From the NCBI GenBank assembly GCA_965243135.1, contig OZ251539.1:5728001-5792000 (forward strand): a DNA stretch of 64,000 nucleotides. Direction: 5' to 3'. Every line of letters starts with the position of its first letter. The first letter of the stretch is position 1. Under the pieces are notes generated by a model that did no database searches, had not been told where the DNA came from, and was given only the letters and a program-made list of their open reading frames with translations. This document shows, piece after piece, positions 21,355 through 30,662 of the stretch. The stretch is from Alphaproteobacteria bacterium (GTDB lineage: Bacteria; Pseudomonadota; Alphaproteobacteria; MPNO01; UBA830). The translations under genes and the position numbers were made by a program.

Positions 21355-22059
21355 TCATACGGATCGCGTCAGCCCGCCGTCGACCCGGATGTTCTGTCCG
21401 GTGATGTAGCCGGCTTCGTCCGACAGCAGGAAGGCGACGGTCTCGCCGACCTCGCTCGGGGAGCCGTAGCGGCGCGCCGGAATCGTCTCCGCGACCGAGC
21501 TGTCCGCCCCGTGGGTGTCGATGAAGCCGGGCAGGACGTTGTTCATGCGGATGCCCGAGGGTGCGTACTCGTCGGCGTAAAGTTTCGCGTACGCGGCGAC
21601 GCCGGCCCGGAACGTGGCCGAGACGGGATAGGCCGGACTCGGTTCGACCGCGGCGTAGGTCGTGATGTTGACGATCGCGCCCCCGCCCTGCTTCGCCATG
21701 ACGGGCGTCACCAGCCGGGCCATCCGGACGACGTTGAGCAGCACCATGTCGAGGCCGTTGCGCCAGTCCTCGTCCGAAATCTCGAGAAGGTTTCCGCGAG
21801 GCGCGAAGCCGCTGTTGTTGACCACCGAGTCGATCCGGCCGTGCGCCGCCATGGTCGCGTCGACGAGCGCGGCGAGGTCGTCCGCCTCCGTTACCGAGCC
21901 TCTGACCCCGATGGCGCCCAGTTCCTCCGCCAGAGCCTCGGCCGAACCGCCCGGAGACATCAGCGCGAGCGCATGGCCCCTTGCGGCCAGCGCGCGGGCG
22001 CAGGCGGCGCCCATTCCGCGTCCGCCGCCGGTGACGATCGCGACTTTGGCATCGGTCAT
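21355..22059 (-). CDS. SDR family oxidoreductase
   Basis: VTGGGRGMG, VNNSG, NNVLPGFIDT, YITGQNIRVDGG. Confidence 0.92.
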   Translation of the reverse strand: MTDAKVAIVTGGGRGMGAACARALAARGHALALMSPGGSAEALAEELGAIGVRGSVTEADDLAALVDATMAAHGRIDSVVNNSGFAPRGNLLEISDEDWRNGLDMVLLNVVRMARLVTPVMAKQGGGAIVNITTYAAVEPSPAYPVSATFRAGVAAYAKLYADEYAPSGIRMNNVLPGFIDTHGADSSVAETIPARRYGSPSEVGETVAFLLSDEAGYITGQNIRVDGGLTRSV

Positions 22060-22175
22060 TCCGCTTCTCCTCCTTGCCGTTTCAGGCGGCGAGCATAGCC
22101 GGGCAGGCCGTTTCCGAAAAGCGCCGGCGCGTCGCCGTTCGCTGCGGGCCGGCGCTCGCCGCCGCGTCTCGGCCG

Positions 22176-23477
22176 TCAGGGAAAGAGTTGTCCCGGAAGC
22201 CAGAGAGCGAGCTGGGGGAACAGCATCAGCAGCGCGATCAGCACGGCGTCCGCCACGAGAAAGGGCGCGATGCCGCGGAAGACGGTCGAGAGCGCGACGT
22301 TTTCCAGCTGGGCGCGGATGACGAAGATGTTCAGCCCCACCGGCGGCGTGATCAGGCCTACCTCCACGACCACCACCATCAGTACGCCGTACCAGACGGT
22401 GTCGTAACCGAGAGCGACGACGATGGGCAGAAAGACGGGAACCGTCACGAGGATGATCGCCACCGATTCGAGAACGCAACCCAGGACGATGTAGAAGGCG
22501 AGAATGATCAGGATGACCGCCCAAGGCGCCAGCGACAAGGCGTCGATGAGGTCGATCATCGCGTTCGGAAGCCGGGTCTGGACGACGAAATATGCGAATA
22601 TCCACGCCCCCGCGATGATGAACATCAGCATCGCGGTCGTGCGCAGCGTGTCCGCGAGGCAGTCGACGAAGCCCTTCCAGCCGAGTTTTCCGGTGCCGGC
22701 CGCGATGACGATGGCGGCGAACGAGGCGATGCCGGCCGCCTCGGTCGGACTGAACCAGCCGGTATAGATGCCGCCCACCGCCAGACCGAACAGCACGACC
22801 AGTTTCCACATGGCCAGGGAGGCGGCCAGGCGCTCGCGCCACGGCATGCGAGGGCCGGCCGGCGTCCATTCCGGACGCACGCGGGCGATGACCCAGATCA
22901 CGGCGACGAAAAGGAAGGTGAGAAGAAGTCCCGGAATCATTCCTGCGGCGAACAGGGCCGGCACCGATTCCTCGGCCGCCAGGGCGTAGATCACCATGAT
23001 CACCGAAGGCGGAATGAGAATGCCGAGCGTGCCGCCGGCGGCGACCGACCCGGTCGCGAGCCGCTCGTCGTAACCGTACCGGCGCATTTCCGGGACGGCG
23101 ATCCGGGTGAAGGTCGCCGCGGTGGCGAGCGAAGACCCGCTGATCGCCGCGAAGCCCGCGCAGGCGCCGATCGTCGCCATGGGAAGCGCGCCCCGCCGTC
23201 CGGCGAACAGGGCGTTGGCGGCGACGAACAATTCCTGCGACATGCCGGCGCGGGTCGCGACGGCGCCCATCAGGACGAAAAGAGGCAGGACCGAGAAGGC
23301 GTAACTCGAAAGAAAATAGGGAGTTTCTCCGAACACGATGAAGGCGCGCTCCCAGCCGTCGATCGCTGCGTATCCGACCAGGCCGGTCAAGCCCATCGCC
23401 GCGCCCAGGGGCACGCGGAGGAGCGTGAGCGCGACCAGGCCGAGAATGCCGAACGCGCCGATGAGTTGCGTCGTCAC
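22176..23477 (-). CDS. dctM: TRAP transporter large permease
   Basis: GSSLATAA, AAGGTLGILIPPS, SPTEAAG, GLITPPVGLN. Confidence 0.93.
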   Translation of the reverse strand: MTTQLIGAFGILGLVALTLLRVPLGAAMGLTGLVGYAAIDGWERAFIVFGETPYFLSSYAFSVLPLFVLMGAVATRAGMSQELFVAANALFAGRRGALPMATIGACAGFAAISGSSLATAATFTRIAVPEMRRYGYDERLATGSVAAGGTLGILIPPSVIMVIYALAAEESVPALFAAGMIPGLLLTFLFVAVIWVIARVRPEWTPAGPRMPWRERLAASLAMWKLVVLFGLAVGGIYTGWFSPTEAAGIASFAAIVIAAGTGKLGWKGFVDCLADTLRTTAMLMFIIAGAWIFAYFVVQTRLPNAMIDLIDALSLAPWAVILIILAFYIVLGCVLESVAIILVTVPVFLPIVVALGYDTVWYGVLMVVVVEVGLITPPVGLNIFVIRAQLENVALSTVFRGIAPFLVADAVLIALLMLFPQLALWLPGQLFP

Positions 23478-23962
23478 GCCGGATCCCGGCGGCGCAGCGC
23501 CGCCCGCATGTCGCGCAGAAAAACCGCCGTGACGGCCAGGAACGAAGCCGCCACGCCGGTCAGGACGAGGCTGGCCTTCCAGATCACGGGATATTGCAGG
23601 TCGGCCGTAACTTCGTTGAATTCGACGAACTCGACGGCAGGTTCGACCATGTGAAACGCCAGCAGGCCCATGAAGACGACGGACGCGGCGACGCCGGTCA
23701 GCTTGAGCAGTTCGACTCCGCGCGGCGGCACGATCTGGTCGATCAACTCGATCGTGATGTGCCGGCCCCGCAGGAAAGCCTCCGGAATGGCGAGAAACGC
23801 GACGCCGGCAAGGAACAGCTCGACGATCTCGTAGGTGCCGAATATCGGCGCGTTGAAACCGGACCGCAGTCCCACGTCGAGCACGTTGATCGCGACCATG
23901 GCGATCAGAAGGATGGCGGCGGCGCGAGAAAGAAATCGCGCCGCCGCCAAGGCGAGGGACAT
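23474..23962 (-). CDS. dctQ: TRAP transporter small permease
   Basis: DVGLRSGFNAPIFGTYEIVE, HITIELI; four TM segments. Confidence 0.88.
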   Translation of the reverse strand: MSLALAAARFLSRAAAILLIAMVAINVLDVGLRSGFNAPIFGTYEIVELFLAGVAFLAIPEAFLRGRHITIELIDQIVPPRGVELLKLTGVAASVVFMGLLAFHMVEPAVEFVEFNEVTADLQYPVIWKASLVLTGVAASFLAVTAVFLRDMRAALRRRDPA

Positions 23963-23970
23963 GGCCGCCG

Positions 23971-24999
23971 CTATTCGCTTGCGTACTTCGCGGACAGCGC
24001 TTTCATCTTTCCGAAGACCTCGCGCGCCGGCAGGCCTTTTTTCTCGAGGCCGGCGATCTTGGCTTCGATCACCTTGTCGGCGGCCTGACGCATTCGCGCG
24101 TCGGCCTCGGCGCTCAACGGCACCGACTCGATGTTGATCTTCTTCATGTAGTCGGTGAACACGGGAAAATCGTCCCAGGTGAGGGTCGACATTTGAATCG
24201 CGTTGTCGCGCGACCCGAGGTCGTCGACCATGGCCCGCAGGTCGGCCGGCAGGTTGCCGTACGATTTTTCGTTCATGGCGAAGCCGAAACTGATCACCGA
24301 CACGAACATGTTCGTGTAGTACTTCACCAGCCCGCCGAGCTTGAAGGCGAAGATGCCCGAGGGATCGGTCACCACGCCGTCGATCGTCTTCTTCTGCAGC
24401 GATTCCGCCATCAGCGGAGCCGGCAGGCCGATGGGCAGGGCACCGAGGGACTTCATCATCGCCACGTCGGTCGGCGTCGGCGCGCGGTAGCGGCGCCCCT
24501 TGAGGTCGTCCACCGTCCGGATGGGAATCTGGGAATCGTAGATCCCCGACGGGCGGTTGAACACGATCCACAACGCTTTGGTTCCCTTGTGCTCGGCTGC
24601 GAGGTAGGGGGCCTTGAGGTCGTGCGCGACCTTCGCTCCGACAAGCGACCCCTTGAAGCCGGGCGGGAACAGGTACGGAGCGTGCGTGAGTTCGGTCAGC
24701 GGAAACCTGCCCGGGGTCGTGCCGTGCTGGAAGAACGACAGGTCGGCGACGCCCTTGCGCGCGAGGTCGTAATGCCGCGGCATCGGCCCCATCGAAGCGC
24801 CGTAGAACACTTCGAGGTTGAGGCGTCCGCCGCTTTTCTCGGCCAGCTCTTTTTGCTTCAACTCGAACCAGCGAGTGCTTGACGCCGCTTTCGGCGTGAA
24901 ATTCGCGACCTTGAGGGTATAGGTCTTCTGCGCGGTCGCGGAGCCTGCGGCGAGCATGCCAGCCGCCGCCGCAAGGGCGAGTGAACAGGATATGCGCAT
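23971..24999 (-). CDS. dctP: TRAP transporter substrate-binding protein
   Basis: Signal peptide after GGAGG, TPGRFPLTEL, DDLKGRRYR, LQKKTIDG. Confidence 0.9.
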   Translation of the reverse strand: MRISCSLALAAAAGMLAAGSATAQKTYTLKVANFTPKAASSTRWFELKQKELAEKSGGRLNLEVFYGASMGPMPRHYDLARKGVADLSFFQHGTTPGRFPLTELTHAPYLFPPGFKGSLVGAKVAHDLKAPYLAAEHKGTKALWIVFNRPSGIYDSQIPIRTVDDLKGRRYRAPTPTDVAMMKSLGALPIGLPAPLMAESLQKKTIDGVVTDPSGIFAFKLGGLVKYYTNMFVSVISFGFAMNEKSYGNLPADLRAMVDDLGSRDNAIQMSTLTWDDFPVFTDYMKKINIESVPLSAEADARMRQAADKVIEAKIAGLEKKGLPAREVFGKMKALSAKYASE

Positions 25000-25009
25000 C
25001 GGTATTCCT

Positions 25010-25365
25010 CCCGTTTTGTCGCGGATCAGCGAGAGAGCGCCGGCCGGGCCTGTACGCTGTTCCGCAAGCCTGCTTGTCCAAGCCGTTAGACAGTCTGCCA
25101 TAATTCGGCGGGACGGCATAGCCGGACAGCGCCGCCCCTTTCGCCGCCGCGCGCGCGGCCGTCAGATGACGCCGACCCTTGATGCGCCTCGCAGAACTTT
25201 CGCCGCCGCGTGCGGGGCCGTCGGCCAGCGCGATGGCTTTCCGCGGTCGGCCAGTCCTGCCCGCTGTCCGGCATCTTCTCGACGGCTGGCGTTCCGTAGC
25301 CGACCGCCCACGTTGTCAGGGGTCCAGGTCCGTGCGGAGTGACGGAGGGGAAACAGGTCATTCCC
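25010..25365 (+). repeat. Direct repeat B, copy 1 (dctP upstream region plus remnant of the nsnC-like 3' end)
   Basis: Matches 27465-27563 joined to 30404-30662 (GCGGATCAGCGAGAGAGCGCCGGCCGGGCCTGT...TCTGCCA..ATTCGGCGGG...GCTGGCGTTCCGTAGCCGAC...GGAGGGGAAACAGG). Confidence 0.8.
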
Positions 25366-25545
25366 GAACCGGCCGGCGGCCTCGGCCATGAGGCCCATGC
25401 CGACGCCGGCGGCGCTGCCCGTGCGCCTCCTTCTCCTGCCGGTCGAGCTGGCGGATGGCGTCGCCGAGCTGGGCGCGGACGCGCAGGACGAGGCGTTAAT
25501 GACGCTCTCCTTGACGGCTTCGGGGCGGCGGCCTACCCTTTTCGG

Positions 25546-27087
25546 ATGACGAGACGCATGCTTCCGACCGGCATGACCTCCCTCCGGGAGATCCGGGGAG
25601 AGATGGATTGTTACTACGTCGACAAGACGGACCATGTGCGCCGCCTCGTCGAGAGGGGCAAGTACTATTTCCTGTCGCGTCCGCGCCGGTTCGGCAAGAC
25701 CCTCCTGGTGGACACGCTGCAGGAGCTGTTCGAGGGAAGCGAGGAGCTGTTCCGGGGCCTCGCCGTGCACGACGGGTGGGACTGGTCGGCGCGCCATCCG
25801 GTCGTGCGGCTGGATTTCAGCAGAGGGGGCGATTTCCGCGCCCAGGACGGGGTTCGCGTAGCCGTGGAAAGGCAGCTGGCGAGGGCGGAAAGGCGCGCCG
25901 GCCTCGAACCGTGCCTCGTCGAAGCGTCGGTTCGTTTCTGGGAATTGATCGAGGCCCTGCACGAGCGCACCGGGCAGCGCGTGGTCGTGCTGGTGGACGA
26001 ATACGACAAGCCGATTCTGGACGCGCTCGACGACCGGGAACTGGCGCGGGCCAACCGCGACTTCCTGCGCAGCCTGTACGGGGTGATCAAGGCCTGCGAC
26101 AGGCAACTGCGTTTCGTTTTTCTGACGGGAGTTAGCAAGTTCTCGCAGGCGGGCCTGTTCTCGGGCCTGAACAACCTGCGCGACATCACCCTCGATCCGC
26201 GGTTCGGCACCATCTGCGGCTACACGGACGCGGAACTGGATGCGGTCTTCGCTCCGGAACTCGAGGGCCTGGACCGGAACGAGGTCCGCCGCTGGTACAA
26301 CGGCTACAACTGGCGCGGGCCGGAAAGGGTCTACAGCCCGTTCGACATCCTCCTTCTCTTCGAAACGCGCGAGTTCGGCAACCACTGGTTCCTGAGCGGC
26401 ACGCCGACCTTCCTGGTCGAGACGCTGGCGCGCCGCAACCTGCCCACTCCCCGCCTGGACGGCATGATCAGCAGCGAAAACCTGCTCTCGACCTTCGACG
26501 TCGACAGGATCTCGGTCGAGGCGCTTCTGTTTCAGACCGGCTACCTCACCATCGCGGGCGAGGAGAACGGGCGCTACCGGCTGGACTACCCGAACCTTGA
26601 GGTGCGCCAAAGCCTGGGCGAAGCCCTGCTGGGAGAACTGCTCCCGGCCGAGGCCCGCGAGGAGACGGAGAACCTGCGGCTGGGCGAACTGCTGGAGGCG
26701 AACGACTTCAAGCGCATCGAGACCCTGTTCCGCGGCGTCTTCGCCGCCATCCCGCACCAGTGGTACGCGACCAGCCCGGTTGCGAAGTACGAGGCCCACT
26801 ACGCGAGCGTCATCCACAGCTGCTTCCTGATGGAGGGCCTCGAGCCGGTCGCGGAGGACAGCGGCAGCCGGGGGCGCGCCGACATGGCGATCCGCGTCGG
26901 CGGACGCGTCTACCTGTTCGAGTTCAAGGTGGTGGAGCGCGGGCGGGAGGGGACCGCGCTCGCGCAGTTGCGGGAGAAGGGCTATGCGGACAAGTACCGC
27001 CATCTCGGTCGTTCGGTGCACCTGATCGGGGTGGAGTTCAGCCGCGAGGAGCGCAACGTCGTCGGCTTCGATTGCGAGGCTGCCTGA
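25546..27087 (+). CDS. AAA-ATPase-like + PD-(D/E)XK nuclease (DUF1703/PDDEXK_9) protein
   Basis: YYVDKT, LSRPRRFGKTL, VLVDEYDKP, TGVSKFS, WYNGY, GRADM...YLFEFKV...ALAQLREKGY. Confidence 0.9.
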   Translation: MTRRMLPTGMTSLREIRGEMDCYYVDKTDHVRRLVERGKYYFLSRPRRFGKTLLVDTLQELFEGSEELFRGLAVHDGWDWSARHPVVRLDFSRGGDFRAQDGVRVAVERQLARAERRAGLEPCLVEASVRFWELIEALHERTGQRVVVLVDEYDKPILDALDDRELARANRDFLRSLYGVIKACDRQLRFVFLTGVSKFSQAGLFSGLNNLRDITLDPRFGTICGYTDAELDAVFAPELEGLDRNEVRRWYNGYNWRGPERVYSPFDILLLFETREFGNHWFLSGTPTFLVETLARRNLPTPRLDGMISSENLLSTFDVDRISVEALLFQTGYLTIAGEENGRYRLDYPNLEVRQSLGEALLGELLPAEAREETENLRLGELLEANDFKRIETLFRGVFAAIPHQWYATSPVAKYEAHYASVIHSCFLMEGLEPVAEDSGSRGRADMAIRVGGRVYLFEFKVVERGREGTALAQLREKGYADKYRHLGRSVHLIGVEFSREERNVVGFDCEAA

Positions 27088-27464
27088 AGCTGGGCGAGTG
27101 CGACGTCCCTTTCGAACATTTCGACGGCCGCCTCCGCGAAAGGCCGCCGCCCGCTCGCTGTCGGCCCTCTTCCGCGGCACGAACGGGTTGGAATCGGCCA
27201 GCCGCCGCGTCCAGTATCGTGCATGGCGGAGGCGCGCGGCACGCCCCTTGCGGCGGCGACCTGCCACTCTCGTCGGGCGCCACCAGCCGTTCCTTGACGG
27301 TCGACACCGCCTCCCCGCCTGCGACGACGCCCGGCCTTTCCGGACAGTGCGTTCCGGAGGCGGCGTCGCCTCCAACAGTTCTTCTGCGCGGGGAAATCCG
27401 AGGATCTGCCCGACTTCGGCGCGAACGTCATACAGTCGTTCCTGCCCGGGTGGAGCGGGTTTTT

Positions 27465-27563
27465 CCTCCCGTTTCCGAATTGCCGCGGATCAGCGAGAGA
27501 GCGCCGGCCGGGCCTGTGCGTCGTTCGCGGTTCCGCAAGCCTGCTTGTCCAAGCCGTTAGGTA
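27465..27563 (+). repeat. Direct repeat B, copy 2 left part
   Basis: Matches about 25005-25092 up to the IS insertion site. Confidence 0.8.
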
Positions 27564-29286
27564 GTGCCCGCCATAAAATAAGCAACTATCTGATTCTGCG
27601 CCTGATTCGGGGATTCCCGGTTGCAAAGATTCTCTGGATGTAGTAGAGATTCGGTCGGGTAGCCACGATATCAGGCATTCTTCGCGAGGTCAGGGCCATG
27701 AGAACGGTCGAGCAGGCGCAATTCCGGCTTGGGCAGCTGCGCGTACATCAAGCTCGATGCCAAGTCGCGTGACGACATTCCGGCGCTTTTGTGGGGTCTT
27801 CAGCACATTTACAAGGACAAAAAGACTCGGGCGGAGCTTTTCGCATTGCTGGACGCGCACATTTGCCCTGGTACTGACAGAAGCGTCGGAAGGCCGGGCA
27901 TGGAGATGTGGAAGATTCTGGTTTTGGGGATATCAAGGTTTGGGTTGCGATTTCGACCGCCTTCATGAACTTGCGAATCAGCACAAGACGGTTCGTGATG
28001 GGGCACAGCGACTTTGTGGACGATACCTACTACGAATATCAGACGGTTATTGACAATATTTCGCTTCTGACCCCCGAACTTTTGGCGGAGGTCCAGAAGC
28101 TTGTCGTGAAGACCGGTCATGAAGTCGCTAAAAAAACCCTGGCGCACCCTTGCGAGGCCGGTGTGATTCGTTTGTTGTGATTCGTTTGTTGTGGAAACCG
28201 ATGTCCATTACCGATCTTAACTTGCTACGGGAGCGCTGTTTAATAAGAGAGACCGGCAAGGCGGCTCAGAAATTTGAAGTTGGGGGATGGCGTCAATCTC
28301 AGCAATTGAGTCGAAAGGTTCACAAGCTGTTTAACAAGGTTCGCGGACGCAGGAAGCGTCAGGAAAAGGATGTAAAAGCGTATTTGAGATATTGCAGTCC
28401 GTTGGTTGATCGTGCCGAGAAGGCGATTCCGGAATTGCGAGAGAAAGGTGCCTTGCAGAAAAAGATTGAGGAAATTGAACGCTTTATACGCCATGCACGG
28501 CGACAGCCAGGGGTCGAACGCCGTCTTCTTCGGGGCGAGACAATACCGCAAGAGGAAAAGGTATTTTTCGAAGAACACACTCGCTGGATTCAAAAGGGGA
28601 AAGCGGGTGTTCCGGTAGAGCTTGGCGTTCCGGTTTGCGTTGTTGAAGACCAGTACCAATTCATTCTTGACCATAAGATATTATGGGAAGGCGGCGACAC
28701 GGATATAGCGGTTTCGATGATCCGTGACGTGCAAGAAAAGTATCCGGAACTGCGAGCCTGTAGTTTCGATCGCGGGTTCCACAGCCCTTTCAACCGATCT
28801 GAACGAGATACTCGATCTTAACGCTCTACCAAAAAAGGGGAAGCTGAATCGGGTCGAACGAGAAAGAGAGGAAGCTGAGGACTTCAAATTCGCTCGGCAG
28901 AAACACCCCGCGGTTGAGTCCGCGATAAACAATCTCGAACAACGTGGTCTTGATCGTGTTCGTACCTGTGGAGCTGACGGTTTCTCCCGAACGGTCGCAC
29001 TGTCGGTTCTCGCGTTGAATTTACATCGTATCGGGTTGCTATTGCAACGACAGGAACGGCGTCGAATACGACGCGCAGCCTGATTACTCTTCTCAGTTGT
29101 TCTGTTTCGTCTCGCGTAATTGGCTTTCTGTGTCCGAACTCTTAAAATTGGTTCCAGCGTGGGTCGCAAATGGCCGGTTCGAGACGAATACTTGCATATG
29201 CAATCGAATTTCTGACTGATTTGGCATCGGCGAGCGGCGACACGAGCTGCCCGGAGCGCAAAACCGGGGGGTTTTCTGGCGGGCAC
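27564..29286 (+). mobile_element. ISNCY/IS5-like insertion sequence, transposase (27698-29083) frameshifted
   Basis: Terminal IRs GTGCCCGCCATAAAA / TTTTCTGGCGGGCAC; 6-bp TSD TAGGTA (27558-27563 and 30404-30409). Motifs RCDSFVV, HTRWIQKGKAG, SFDRGFHS, HPAVESAINNLE. A 14-bp tandem duplication at 28163-28190 breaks the frame. Confidence 0.8.
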
Positions 29287-29288
29287 TA

Positions 29289-30403
29289 GTGTTGTGTCCC
29301 TTAAATAGATATTATATATCGGCGTGGGAAATTTTCAGGAGGAGGTCACCATGCCGAAAGGGAGGCCTGTCACGCCGCTCGTTCTCACTCAGGAAGCGCA
29401 ACTGCGCAGCATTGCGAATGCAACGTCGCTGCCCTGACTCTGCGCGCCAGGATCGTTCTGGAGTGCGCCGCGGGAATGTCGAACAGGGCGGTTGCCGAAA
29501 AGTTCGACGTTTCGCCGCTGACCGTGGGCAAATGGCGAAAGCGGTTTGTGGAAGGCGGGACCGAAGGACTGCACGACGAATTGCGCAGCGGCCGGCCCCG
29601 GACATACGACGACGAACGGGTTGCCGAGGTCATCAAGAGCGCGCTTCAGGAAACGCCGAAAAACGCGACGCACTGGAGCGTTCGCTCAATGGCCCGCCAT
29701 GCCGGCCTCTCGAAGAGCACCGTCCAGCGTTGGTTCGAGTTGTTCGGCGTCAAGCCCCACCTGCGCAAGACGTTCAAGCTGTCGACGGATCCGTTCTTCG
29801 TCGAGAAGGTGCGCGACATCGTCGGATCTCAACCCTCCGGAACACGCGGTGGTGCTGTGCGTCGACGAGAAATCACAGATTCAGGCCCTCGACCGTACCC
29901 AGCCGACCCTGCCCCTCGGGCTCGGCTATGTCGAGGGCTACACCCATGACTACATCCGTCACGGCACCACCACGTTGTTCGCCGCGCTCGACGTTGCCAC
30001 CGGACAGGTCATCGCCACTTGCAAGCAACGTCATCGTCACCAGGATTTCCTCGACTTTCTGCGCCTCATCGATCGTAATGTCCCTGAAGAACTCGACGTC
30101 CGTGGCTGACAACTACGCGACCCACAAGCATCCCAAGGTTCGTGCCTGCGCAGCGACCTCGCTACCATCTCCACTTCACCCCGACCTACGCTTCCTGGCT
30201 CAACCAGGTCGAGCGCTGGTTCGGCCACGGAGACCGCCCTTCGCCGGGGATCGTTCGCAAACGTCAGCCAATTAGTGAAATGCATCAAGCGGTTCACCGA
30301 AGACTACAATCGCGAGGCCGCCCCCTTCGTTTGGGCTGCTACCGCCGAGTCCATTCTCGAAAAGGTCCAGCGATTATCTATGCGTATTTCTGGGACAGAA
30401 CAC
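29289..30403 (+). mobile_element. IS630-family element, transposase frameshifted
   Basis: IRs GTGTTGTGTCCC / GGGACAGAACAC flanked by TA; motifs [47 protein letters not shown]. Confidence 0.85.
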
Positions 30404-30662
30404 TAGGTAGTCTGCCACAATTCGGCGGGGAGGCGCAGCGCCGCCTCTTTCGCCGCTGCGCGCTTGGCATTCGGCGGAGCCGTCGGCCGAACGGCCAGCG
30501 CGATGGGTCTCCGCAGTCGGCCAGTCGCGGTTCTGCCCGCCGGAAGGCATCTTCTCGACAGCTGGCGTTCCGTAGCCGACGCCCCGCCGTTGTCAGGGGT
30601 CTAGATGCGGTCCGATATATACGATACGGAGCCGCTCGCATGGAGGGGAAACAGGCCATTCG
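30404..30662 (+). repeat. Direct repeat B, copy 2 right part
   Basis: Continues homology to 25087-25365 after the two IS elements. Confidence 0.75.
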
